Part shown: one piece after another, positions 28,420-36,303 of the stretch | How the letters are laid out: each line of letters begins with the position of its first letter | How positions within the stretch are numbered: position 1 is the stretch's first letter | IMG/VR virus record: IMGVR_UViG_3300049982_000334 | Span: 1 to 49,862 of that record | From: a virus | Lineage: Duplodnaviria > Caudoviricetes | DNA: 49,862 bases | Strand: one strand, 5' to 3' | Program-made: the position numbers and the translations under genes | The notes under the pieces: generated by a model | What the model was told of the DNA's origin: nothing | Databases searched by the model: none | Seen by the model: the letters and a program-made list of their open reading frames with translations, nothing else

Positions 28420-28791
28420 ATGACAGAATTCATCTTGGACACGTCGGGGACGGTCGGGCCGCATGTCGCGCCTGGTTGGACGAACCTACCTCGCCCCATG
28501 CTTTGGTCCGATCTCGACCCCTTCACTCAGGGCTATGTCGAGGCGCTGTTCCTCAGTATACCCGAACAGCTCGATGTAGAGCGCGCCTGCTGGAAAGAGC
28601 GCCCGAAGTTCTCTGACCTAGCCCCGGAAGCCCTGGCGTCGATCCTCGCGGTCTGCGCAGGGTCCGGCCCCCGCATGGGGCGCGCAGAGGGCGCGGCGTT
28701 CTGGTGCGATCGTCAATCCCACAAACTCTGGCCCGTGTACCCGCCCCTCACCCTCGACCTGGGCGACGACGGCAAGGTCCACCTGTCGTGA
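28420..28791 (+). CDS. Hypothetical protein, paralogue of 36300-36710
   Basis: GGGGAGG RBS; shares WSDL.PFTQGYVEALF, FSDLAPE.LA.IL and PPLT..LGDDGKVHLS with the paralogue. Confidence 0.8.
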   Translation: MTEFILDTSGTVGPHVAPGWTNLPRPMLWSDLDPFTQGYVEALFLSIPEQLDVERACWKERPKFSDLAPEALASILAVCAGSGPRMGRAEGAAFWCDRQSHKLWPVYPPLTLDLGDDGKVHLS

Positions 28792-28871
28792 CCCGCGCCG
28801 TCCTCTCCTACGCCGTGCTAATCGCCGTCATGCTGGCCGCGGCGTGTCTCATCGTCTGGCTGCCGCCCTAG
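28788..28871 (+). CDS. 27-aa hydrophobic peptide
   Basis: GTGA overlap; MTRAVLSYAVLIAVMLAAACLIVWLPP; followed by a terminator. Confidence 0.45.
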   Translation: MTRAVLSYAVLIAVMLAAACLIVWLPP

Positions 28872-28905
28872 GATCCTGCAGCCCGTCGCATAGCCCCATA
28901 GTCCT

Positions 28906-28940
28906 AACCGCCTCCTGACAAACCAGGGGGCGGTTTTTCT
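28906..28940 (+). terminator. Rho-independent terminator of the plus-strand operon
   Basis: AACCGCCTCCTG-ACAAAC-CAGGGGGCGGTT followed by TTTCT. Confidence 0.8.
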
Positions 28941-29020
28941 ATGCGACGATGCATCTCTTGGGCCCTGGGCCCCGTGCGACGATGCAATCTCTCAGGCGAC
29001 TAGGCGACCAGGCGACGAGC

Positions 29021-29152
29021 TCACCCCACCGTCGCAAACCAGTGCCAGGCCATCAGCGCCACCGCGACGCCGGCCCCACAGCCGACCAGGATCGCCACGC
29101 CGTAGAGCAAGCCTCCGGCCGATCGCACGAAGTCCCGAATATCCCCTCGCAT
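29021..29152 (-). CDS. 43-aa single-TM peptide
   Basis: MRGDIRDFVRSAGGLLYGVAILVGCGAGVAVALMAWHWFATVG. Confidence 0.5.
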   Translation of the reverse strand: MRGDIRDFVRSAGGLLYGVAILVGCGAGVAVALMAWHWFATVG

Positions 29153-29410
29153 GTCGCCTAGCCCTCATCGCCGACGAGAAGCGTAACCGATGCGACGAGG
29201 GTTGCAAAACAGGAGCCTGAAAAGGTTGGACCCCCAGGCTCGAAGCGCTGGGGGTCCGGGGCGATGCGGGGGAGGCGTGCCCAAAGCGACGGCCCAGGAG
29301 AGTCGGGCGCCGGTTGCCAGGAGAATGTAGCCCATTAGCCGTCTCCTTGCAAGACGTCTGTCGCCTGGGGTAGCGGGAGTGTCCGGCGGGCAGGGTGGGG
29401 GCCAACTCCG

Positions 29411-29634
29411 TCTGTCCCTTGTTCCTTGTCCCTTGTGTGATTCTATTACTTTCCCCACGCCTCTCCCGTACCTGACTCCCCCTATTTCCTCTCTCACGTA
29501 TATAATTTAGAAGAATCACAAGGGACAAGGGACAAGGAGCTAGCCGTTTCCTTATGCGGTAAGGCTTTGCGGCTGTCCCTTGTGGCTGTCCCTTGTGCCG
29601 ATCCGCCCCCTCGCCACAAGGGACAAGGGACAAG
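29411..29634. repeat. Putative replication origin: clustered TGTCCCTTG / CAAGGGACA repeats in two head-to-head sets around an AT-rich tract
   Basis: TGTCCCTTG near 29413 and 29427, CAAGGGACAAGGGACAAGG near 29519, TGTCCCTTG x2 near 29574-29595, CAAGGGACAAGGGACAAG near 29617; TATATAATTTA between; directly downstream of the primase-helicase gene. Confidence 0.7.
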
Positions 29635-29693
29635 AAAAACCGGCCCAAGTCGCCCGGAGCCGGTTTTAATACGACATTTTGTCGATTTGATTT

Positions 29694-31307
29694 TTACCGG
29701 AACGCAGCGTCCACGCCACGCCGGTCCCTCGCGTCGCCCTCGGCCTTCTGTTTCGCGAACAGTTCGCGGAGCTCCACAGGGGACAGATCGCGGTAGATCG
29801 CCCCCCGTCGGAGGGCCCAGATGCGCTTGCTCCCCTCCATTCCGTCCAGCCGCAGCTTCTCGGTTACGCACTCAGCCCCCACTGCCCGGAGCGCCCGGGC
29901 CAGTTTCTGGCCGCTGACCGGCTGGCCCTTGAACCGGACGTGCTCGGGCACGAGCGCCGCGATCTCCTCGCACAGAACCAGGTCGCGGCCCCAGACGCCG
30001 GAATCCTCTTCGACCCCTTCCTCGACCCACTCCTGCAGCGGGGTGCGCGACATGCGCCGCATCTCGGCCTTGGCTTCCGTCATCGGCGCGCGGCCCTTGG
30101 CGTCGAAGCCGCGGAGATCGCGGGACAGCATCCAGCGGATCACCTTCTCGCTGCCGCCGGCCTCAAGCCAGGCCCATATCGCGTCGTAGCGCTCCTGGGG
30201 CAGGGGTTCGCCGTCGTTCCAGGTGACGAAGTAGCGCCGGTCGCCTTTCGAGAGCGCCATCGCGTCGTCCTCGTTCGTGAAGAACACGGTGGAGACGATG
30301 TTGGGGACGAAGAACTCCTGGCGGTGCTTCATATTCACCGGCAGGGCGTCGGGTGGCGCGGCGACGAGCGGCTTCAGCCGGTTCATCGTCTCCTTGCGCT
30401 CGAAGTTGTGCATTTCCTGAACGACGACAAGCTTAGCGCCCATGAGCCAGGCATTGAACGGCGCCGCCAGGTGCTGGGGGCCGATCTCACGCGTGTACGC
30501 GCGCCCTACCGCGCGACGTAGGGGTTCCAGCAGCGTGTCCTTGCCGATGCCTTCGATCCGCGAGCCCAGCACGATCGCGTGGTGGATCTTCTGCCCGGGG
30601 AACTGTGCCGTGAAGGCCATCCAGTTCAGGATGTGCTCGCGCTCGGCCTCCAGGGGCACGACGTGGGCCGCCAGCTCAAGAAACGGCGCGATATCTCTCG
30701 CCGTCGCTTTGTCGGGCAGGGGGCGGCGCAGCGGCGGCGCGCGCCACACATTGAAGCAGGGGCCTTGCAGGTCCGGCAGATCCTCCTCGACGATGCGGCC
30801 GGCGCCTGGGCGGAACGTCAGATTGACGAACGAGCGACGGGTGTGGGTCGACGCGTCCTTGAATATTTTCCAGGCCGACACGCCCTTCTCTGTGGGCAGG
30901 ACGCGGAATTCGAACTGTTCCTGGTTCAGCAGCGCGCCGCTTTCCAGGTGGACCGCGCGCTGGGCGCCCTCGATCCAGGCGTAGCGATCGAACATGTTGC
31001 CGGTGCTGTCGTGCAGCTGGGCCTCGTTCTCGCCGAGGGCCAGCGCTTCCTGGTCGTCCATCGGCGCGAAGTCCTCATCTGCCGCGCTGAACGCGCCGCC
31101 GCTGGCTTCCGCGGCCTTCTGAGCCAGCCAGCCCCAGCCCTTGCGGTAGGGCGGCCGGAAGCTGTCCCACTTCTGCCTGGTGACCTCGGGGTTGTAGTTG
31201 GGCGCCTGGGCCGACCACTCGTCGAACAGCGCGAACCCTTCTTCCGATCCGCCGGTGGCGGCCTTGGTGGCCACCATGACGTCGATCCATTGGTCGTAGC
31301 TGTTCAC
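29694..31307 (-). CDS. Primase-helicase C-terminal part: partial PriCT-2 + SF3 (DUF5906-like) helicase
   Basis: YDQWIDV...LFDEWS.....YN......KWDSF (PriCT-2); Walker A GSRIEGIGKD, FNAWL, LVVVQE, LKPLV, FFTN, DRRYFV. Confidence 0.88.
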   Translation of the reverse strand: MNSYDQWIDVMVATKAATGGSEEGFALFDEWSAQAPNYNPEVTRQKWDSFRPPYRKGWGWLAQKAAEASGGAFSAADEDFAPMDDQEALALGENEAQLHDSTGNMFDRYAWIEGAQRAVHLESGALLNQEQFEFRVLPTEKGVSAWKIFKDASTHTRRSFVNLTFRPGAGRIVEEDLPDLQGPCFNVWRAPPLRRPLPDKATARDIAPFLELAAHVVPLEAEREHILNWMAFTAQFPGQKIHHAIVLGSRIEGIGKDTLLEPLRRAVGRAYTREIGPQHLAAPFNAWLMGAKLVVVQEMHNFERKETMNRLKPLVAAPPDALPVNMKHRQEFFVPNIVSTVFFTNEDDAMALSKGDRRYFVTWNDGEPLPQERYDAIWAWLEAGGSEKVIRWMLSRDLRGFDAKGRAPMTEAKAEMRRMSRTPLQEWVEEGVEEDSGVWGRDLVLCEEIAALVPEHVRFKGQPVSGQKLARALRAVGAECVTEKLRLDGMEGSKRIWALRRGAIYRDLSPVELRELFAKQKAEGDARDRRGVDAAFR

Positions 31308-31516
31308 GCCTCGTCCCCCTGCCAGCTGAACTTGCGGAGGGTGACGGGTGCTGCCGGCCTTTTTGCGCGCCGCGTCGTCATCCTGGCGAGCACGCGCTCG
31401 ACTACGGGGTCGACGCCTTCATCAAAGATCCGGCGAGTGAGGCGCGTCTGGTCTGGGGGCGGGACTTGCCCTGAATAGGGCCGGTATCGGCCGGGTCTGC
31501 GCGTAGTCGCCTTCAT
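31304..31516 (-). CDS. 70-aa basic hypothetical inserted within the primase locus
   Basis: ATGA and GTGA overlaps with the two primase halves; ends PVTLRKFSWQGDEA. Confidence 0.55.
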   Translation of the reverse strand: MKATTRRPGRYRPYSGQVPPPDQTRLTRRIFDEGVDPVVERVLARMTTRRAKRPAAPVTLRKFSWQGDEA

Positions 31517-32397
31517 GAGGCACCGTTGGGGATGGAGGAAAGAGCGCGCTCGACCGCGGCCAGCGAAGGGGCGGACAAACCGTCCTGCCAGACCTCCGCA
31601 TTACTGCCCGTAGCGCCGCGCGCGTGTTCTACGATCTCGGCGCCGACGACCTCGACCAGATACCACTCCAGCGCGTCGAAAAAGTCGTCGAGCTCTACCG
31701 TGGTGACGGGCGTCAGATTCTGTGCGCCAATGGTGGCGGGGGTTTCGTCCCCGCGCCACCAGTACGGTTTCAGCGTCTTCGGGTGTTGGCCTTCCACCAC
31801 ATATTGCTGGCCATCACCCAACAGCTCTACGGCATGGACGGGACGTTCGAAACGACCGTCAGCGCCCGCGCCGGCGGCGTCTTCGGGACATCCTTCAGCC
31901 ACAGGGTCATCCGCCCGTTGATCAGGACGCCGGTCAAGCAGGCCCAGGTGTCCGGGGCCAGGTGCTGGAGATCGTCGTGGGAGACGAAACGCCAACCGTC
32001 GTTTTTTAAAGCCTGCTCCTGAATATACGAGAAGTCGCCGGGATCCTCTGCCGAAGCGACAGGGGGCCAGACCAAGGTCAAGTAAGGCGGAGATTTCAAC
32101 GGCATCGGCTATCCCCCCGTCATCGATATCAATGTCGAGCGCTGGATATTTCCGTCCCTGGAGCCCAGCGCCCGCATTCCAAGTCGACCACGCAGCAAGG
32201 TCTTCCGAACACGCAGAATGCAGTGTCCACTTTCCAAAGCCGAACCACCCTGCGGCAGATTGTCGCCCCGGGACCTTACCACGTGACTTGAGCAGATTAC
32301 CCCTGCCCGGCGAGTCCTGGTGGACCTCTGCGTCGGGGGGCAGGATAGGTAGCAGCTCGGTCGTGAAACCGGCCTGGCCATATTGGTCGAATGACAT
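31513..32397 (-). CDS. Bifunctional DNA primase/polymerase (Prim-Pol) N-terminal part
   Basis: GKVPG, ALDIDIDD (DxD), HAVELLGDGQQYVVEGQHPKTLKPYWW; ends with the first helix of PriCT-2 (VERALSSIPNGAS). Confidence 0.85.
   Translation of the reverse strand: MSFDQYGQAGFTTELLPILPPDAEVHQDSPGRGNLLKSRGKVPGRQSAAGWFGFGKWTLHSACSEDLAAWSTWNAGAGLQGRKYPALDIDIDDGGIADAVEISALLDLGLAPCRFGRGSRRLLVYSGAGFKKRRLAFRLPRRSPAPGPGHLGLLDRRPDQRADDPVAEGCPEDAAGAGADGRFERPVHAVELLGDGQQYVVEGQHPKTLKPYWWRGDETPATIGAQNLTPVTTVELDDFFDALEWYLVEVVGAEIVEHARGATGSNAEVWQDGLSAPSLAAVERALSSIPNGAS
31827..32105 (-). CDS. Candidate overprinted 92-aa ORF nested in the +1 frame of Prim-Pol
   Basis: ATG preceded by GGGGGGA; third-position G/C is near total in this frame over ~31830-31980 while the Prim-Pol frame there looks out of frame. 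Confidence 0.45.
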   Translation of the reverse strand: MPLKSPPYLTLVWPPVASAEDPGDFSYIQEQALKNDGWRFVSHDDLQHLAPDTWACLTGVLINGRMTLWLKDVPKTPPARALTVVSNVPSMP

Positions 32398-32489
32398 TCG
32401 TCCCCTCGCAGTCGTAGGGCACGTAGCCTACTTTGAGCGTTTATGATCGACAAGGCTCCACCTCCGCTTTCCCCGCGTGCGATCGCCGG

Positions 32490-32807
32490 CTAAGGCCCGC
32501 GCGTCGTGTTCTCTGTTCCTGATGTTCTCATTCTGTTCACGTCTGTTAACGCGGTCGAGTCAAAAGCGACGCTTCGCGTCCCCGTTGCGACCGATACTGA
32601 CGCACCATGGTGCACCTCCGCCGCTAGTCGCGGCGATTCCGCGATGATCTGCGTCAGGAGATCCAGGCTTTCGCACGCCGCCCGCGGGCCCTCGAGGCTG
32701 GCGAGCGCGGCGCCCGCATTGGCCAGGATATCGCGAAGGACGCGTGGCCGATGGACGGCGGGGGTTTCCCGCAGGGCATGGACGACGAGACCGGCGGCGT
32801 CGATCAT
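32490..32807 (-). CDS. Hypothetical protein (105 aa)
   Basis: ATGA-coupled member of the accessory operon. Confidence 0.6.
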   Translation of the reverse strand: MIDAAGLVVHALRETPAVHRPRVLRDILANAGAALASLEGPRAACESLDLLTQIIAESPRLAAEVHHGASVSVATGTRSVAFDSTALTDVNRMRTSGTENTTRGP

Positions 32808-33163
32808 CGCCCCGCCCCCTGGTCCGCCGCTTCGACCTGTGCGGCTGCTTGGCCTTCGGTCTTCGCTGGTCTCGGAGGGGAGGCAGAGAGCGCTCTAGCC
32901 CACATTTCCATTTCGACGGCCTCGCCGCGGAAGTGCTTCGTCGGGATCGCGTTCCGCATAGCCCTGGTCTGAATGAGCGGAACCAGCACCCACCCTTCAG
33001 GCACGGATACCGTCTGTTCTCCTGAGCGGGGGAGGGCGAGGATCTGATCTGCGATGTGGAGAGCGTCTGGATCAGTTGACGCATACATCGGACCTTCGAC
33101 GTTTTCGAAGATGATCCGCGCGATAGCTTCCCGGTCGGCGCTCATGTCGAGACCAGCCATCAA
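32804..33163 (-). CDS. Hypothetical protein (119 aa) with VPEGWVLVP phage motif
   Basis: Coupled; VPEGWVLVP...T.AM...W.RALSASP is a common phage accessory module. Confidence 0.65.
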   Translation of the reverse strand: MMAGLDMSADREAIARIIFENVEGPMYASTDPDALHIADQILALPRSGEQTVSVPEGWVLVPLIQTRAMRNAIPTKHFRGEAVEMEMWARALSASPPRPAKTEGQAAAQVEAADQGAGR

Positions 33164-33438
33164 CCGTCCTCCCCGCGCAGTAGGCCGTTTTCGTCGTTGT
33201 GGGTGGCGCCATCGCCGCCGTCGAACAGGCCATTCAGCTCGGCGACGACCAGAGCGCCCTGCCTGATGTCGGCCCCGCCCTCAGCGAACCACCTGAGCGT
33301 CCCGCCACCGGACCCGCCAAAGATCATCAGACCCATGGCCTTGGCGTCCACGGCGGCCTTGCTGATGCGCCGGGCGATGCTGGCGACATGTTTGGGGTCC
33401 AGGCCAGCGAACTCGCACTCGTCCTCGTAGACGCTCAT
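33160..33438 (-). CDS. Hypothetical protein (92 aa)
   Basis: ATGA-coupled; IFGGSGGGTLR and FDGGDG. Confidence 0.7.
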   Translation of the reverse strand: MSVYEDECEFAGLDPKHVASIARRISKAAVDAKAMGLMIFGGSGGGTLRWFAEGGADIRQGALVVAELNGLFDGGDGATHNDENGLLRGEDG

Positions 33439-33836
33439 GATGTCCGGTCCTCGGGTTGAAGGGCGGCGCGGCCGGCGTCCACCTCGGCCGGATCGCGAGC
33501 AACGCCGTCAGCGTCCAGCCACGTTTCGATGAGGGTGTCCCCGGTGTCGCAACTGGCCTGGTCGCAGTGGCTCTGCGAGAGCGTGTGAACCCAGGCCGGG
33601 ATATCCGGGTCAATCGAGCGTTCGTACAAAGCCGTTCGCCCGCATCGTTCGCACTTGATCACGAGGTGAAGGGCGGCGCGGCCGGCATCCGTCGCCACCA
33701 ATTCACGGAGCTTTATGGTGCGGTGCGCGAGGCCAAAGGCGATCAGCGCCGCTGCGGCTTCCGATCCGTAGTCGACCGTTGCGGGGAGCTTGCGGAGTAG
33801 TCTCCACTGAGCGGGCGTCAGCTTGGCGGCGCTCAT
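33435..33836 (-). CDS. Hypothetical protein: wHTH-like N-terminus plus CxxC...Cx4C module
   Basis: KLTPAQWRLL...TDAGRAAL, CERCG, CDQASC, second DAGRAAL. Confidence 0.65.
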   Translation of the reverse strand: MSAAKLTPAQWRLLRKLPATVDYGSEAAAALIAFGLAHRTIKLRELVATDAGRAALHLVIKCERCGRTALYERSIDPDIPAWVHTLSQSHCDQASCDTGDTLIETWLDADGVARDPAEVDAGRAALQPEDRTS

Positions 33837-34015
33837 GTCCGTTGTCCTGGGTTCGGGTCGGAATTGGCGCGGCGCTCAAGCTCGGCGAGCGTGACTTGCG
33901 CCTCGGCGAGCCAATCGAAGGCTTGCCGGCAGCGCTGTTGCGCCTCGAACAGATCGCGCTTGGCGGACCTAATAAGCGTGGGCGTATCCACGAGCGTTGG
34001 GTCGCTGGTTGTCAT
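33833..34015 (-). CDS. Hypothetical coiled-coil protein (60 aa)
   Basis: ATG at 34015 overlapping the upstream stop (ATGA). Confidence 0.6.
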   Translation of the reverse strand: MTTSDPTLVDTPTLIRSAKRDLFEAQQRCRQAFDWLAEAQVTLAELERRANSDPNPGQRT

Positions 34016-34899
34016 CCCCCTTCTCCTGAGCGATGAGCAGCAAGGGCTTGGCGGGCGATGTCCTGCGCGTCGTTCAGGCCGTCGCAGCCGTCGCCGTTGA
34101 TGATCCGCTCCAGCGCTTCGGCCAGTCCCGATGGATTGGGGGAAGAGGGGCCCGCATCCGTTGCTGAGAGTGCTGCCTCGCTTCGCTGCGGCCCCGATGG
34201 GTCGGTCTCCGATGGATTGTTCACCCAGTCGCAGGGCAGCGCCCCGCATGCCGGGCACGGCTCGACATCGTGCCTGCTCTCAGCACCGGCTCGCTCGATT
34301 ACGTCTTCAGCCGTTGCGAACCATGAGCGGCATGTGGCCTTGGCGGTGTCGGTCTGGCCTGCCGGGCTGTAGCCCTTCGCGAGCGGAAGGATCAGCTGCA
34401 GTGCGTCGAGGACTTCAGCACCGGAGACCCCCTGTTCCTGTTCGGCGAGCTGACTGCGAAGCATCATCGCCGTTAGCTCTGCCCAGTGTCGGGGTTGGAA
34501 CTGAAGCCGTCTGCGTCCGAGCTGTTCGATGTCGACGGGGTGACACCCGCTGTCCGCGCAGATGTCGCACCACGCGTCGTTCATGGCCGTCGCGACCATT
34601 TCATCCGTGAGGGTAGCCGCCCCCTGTTCCTGGCCTCGGTTAGAGGTGGGGGAGGCGAGGGCGGCCAGCACTTCGCGAGCTTCATCCAAGTCGAGACTGA
34701 TCCGTGCTCCGCCAGCGTCAGCCATCATGATGCGGATTTGCCATTCAGCGATCAGGTCTGCCCTGTCGCCCGAGCCCTGATCAGCCTTCTGATCTATCTC
34801 CCCCTCTCCAAGTAGGGCGAGAGCTGCTTCTGCCTCTTCAGCGCGCGTGACATCGTGGGCGAGCCCATCACCGGGGCCGCGCTCCGCTGGATTGGTCAT
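34012..34899 (-). CDS. Mosaic hypothetical protein (295 aa)
   Basis: Coupled; CPACGALPC and LAEALERI...DIARQAL phage modules. Confidence 0.65.
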   Translation of the reverse strand: MTNPAERGPGDGLAHDVTRAEEAEAALALLGEGEIDQKADQGSGDRADLIAEWQIRIMMADAGGARISLDLDEAREVLAALASPTSNRGQEQGAATLTDEMVATAMNDAWCDICADSGCHPVDIEQLGRRRLQFQPRHWAELTAMMLRSQLAEQEQGVSGAEVLDALQLILPLAKGYSPAGQTDTAKATCRSWFATAEDVIERAGAESRHDVEPCPACGALPCDWVNNPSETDPSGPQRSEAALSATDAGPSSPNPSGLAEALERIINGDGCDGLNDAQDIARQALAAHRSGEGG

Positions 34900-35669
34900 G
34901 CGGCTTCTCCGAATAGGTCTGCCTGGGCTTCGAGAGTGACGATCTGACGGGCTTCAAATTCGGCCACCGCAATTTCCACCGAGGGCGATGCAAACCGCCA
35001 ATCGCCCCGGTAGAAGTCGCAGTCGATGCCGCAACTTGGACCCAATGTGATGCCGGTCTGCTTGTGGAACCGCGCGTATGCCGCGTTGTCCTTCTTGCTG
35101 AAGGGCGCGTCCCCGCTGAGCTTGAACGGCACCGATCCGCTCGGGAGAATGAACGCCCCGACGTCGGCCAGCCGCGCCGCCACGGCGACCACGTTTAGGT
35201 CCAGCGTGACGCCTTGCAGCGGGCCGCCCTTGCCGAACGGCGGGTTAGAAATCGCGAAGGTGAAGCGCCCCAGATCCGGCAACTCAAAGACGTTGGCGCA
35301 AATCCACTCGGCGTCGGGAAGCACCTTACGGCCAATGGCGACATAGTCGGGGTTCATCTCGACGCAGACGATGCGAGATGGGCCACGGCCCCATTCCCGC
35401 GCTCGCTCGTGAAGGGCGAACGACAGGCACCCGATGCCGGCGCACAGGTCGATCACGGTATCTGACGCGCCATCACCGACTTCAACGGTGAACGTTCGCG
35501 CCAGTTCGAGGGGCGTGAAGAAGGCGCCCGACGCGCTGTTGAGGTGGGTCGCAGACTCCTGCCAATTGTTGACCACAAACTCCCGCTCATCGAGGTTGAG
35601 TACGTCCTGCTTCAACATCTCAACAGCTTGTTGGTGACTTTTGATCTGAGCTTTGGAGAGCTTGGCCAT
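34896..35669 (-). CDS. SAM-dependent amino (N6-A/N4-C) DNA methyltransferase
   Basis: GAFFTP (motif X), IDLCAGIG (motif I), CVEMN, ISNPPFG (motif IV). Confidence 0.85.
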   Translation of the reverse strand: MAKLSKAQIKSHQQAVEMLKQDVLNLDEREFVVNNWQESATHLNSASGAFFTPLELARTFTVEVGDGASDTVIDLCAGIGCLSFALHERAREWGRGPSRIVCVEMNPDYVAIGRKVLPDAEWICANVFELPDLGRFTFAISNPPFGKGGPLQGVTLDLNVVAVAARLADVGAFILPSGSVPFKLSGDAPFSKKDNAAYARFHKQTGITLGPSCGIDCDFYRGDWRFASPSVEIAVAEFEARQIVTLEAQADLFGEAA

Positions 35670-36010
35670 CAGCCGCGCTTTCCATCGGAGTGCTGCTGAG
35701 GTGACGAACTCGCTCGCGATAGGCCAGCACGTGCTGCGATCTGATCTTCCGTCAGACCCCGCCGCGAGCGCTTATTCCAGTAGCGCTTGGCCTCAGCCCA
35801 TGTTTCGCCCGTGGTGCTCGGCCTGACGCACTCGCCAAAGTATTGCGAAGTACAGCCGACGAAGACCTTGGTCGGTTCGCCGCCGTGCCAGGATAGGAAG
35901 TCGGGCCGTCGGCCACAGAACGGACAGTGGCGGAGCTGCACTCTCAGTTTCGCGTGTGACAGGCCGGTTTGCTTCTCGGCCGTGATTTCTTGTTCGCTCA
36001 CGGTCTTCAT
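35669..36010 (-). CDS. Lar-like restriction alleviation zinc-ribbon protein
   Basis: LRHCPFCG...VGC...EC...EAKRYWNKR. Confidence 0.7.
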   Translation of the reverse strand: MKTVSEQEITAEKQTGLSHAKLRVQLRHCPFCGRRPDFLSWHGGEPTKVFVGCTSQYFGECVRPSTTGETWAEAKRYWNKRSRRGLTEDQIAARAGLSRASSSPQQHSDGKRG

Positions 36011-36303
36011 CTCCGCTGTAGGAAGGGGGTTGGCGCCGGACGATACCTGCGCGGCTTCAGGCGATCGCGGTCGTCCAGCATGTTCTTCATCTCGGCCGCC
36101 GCGGCGCGCAGCGCCCGTTCCGAGACGACCTCACCCAGCCCCAGGAGCTTGCGCACCTGCTCGAGTTCTTCCTGCTGGCGGCTGTCTTCGCAGTCGGGCG
36201 CCTTGCCGGCGCGGTGTTGGGCCGGATCGCCGAAATAGCGGGCGGTCACGACGCCGGACGACACCGCATGGCTGCGGCAGTAGCCTGGCAGGAAGGAGCT
36301 CAC
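36007..36303 (-). CDS. Hypothetical protein (98 aa)
   Basis: GTGA/ATGA-coupled. Confidence 0.55.
   Translation of the reverse strand: MSSFLPGYCRSHAVSSGVVTARYFGDPAQHRAGKAPDCEDSRQQEELEQVRKLLGLGEVVSERALRAAAAEMKNMLDDRDRLKPRRYRPAPTPFLQRR

Noticed and set aside
29411-29634. CRISPR-like array
   Set aside because: Repeats are 7-9 bp, in both orientations, without regular spacers; they fit origin iterons better.
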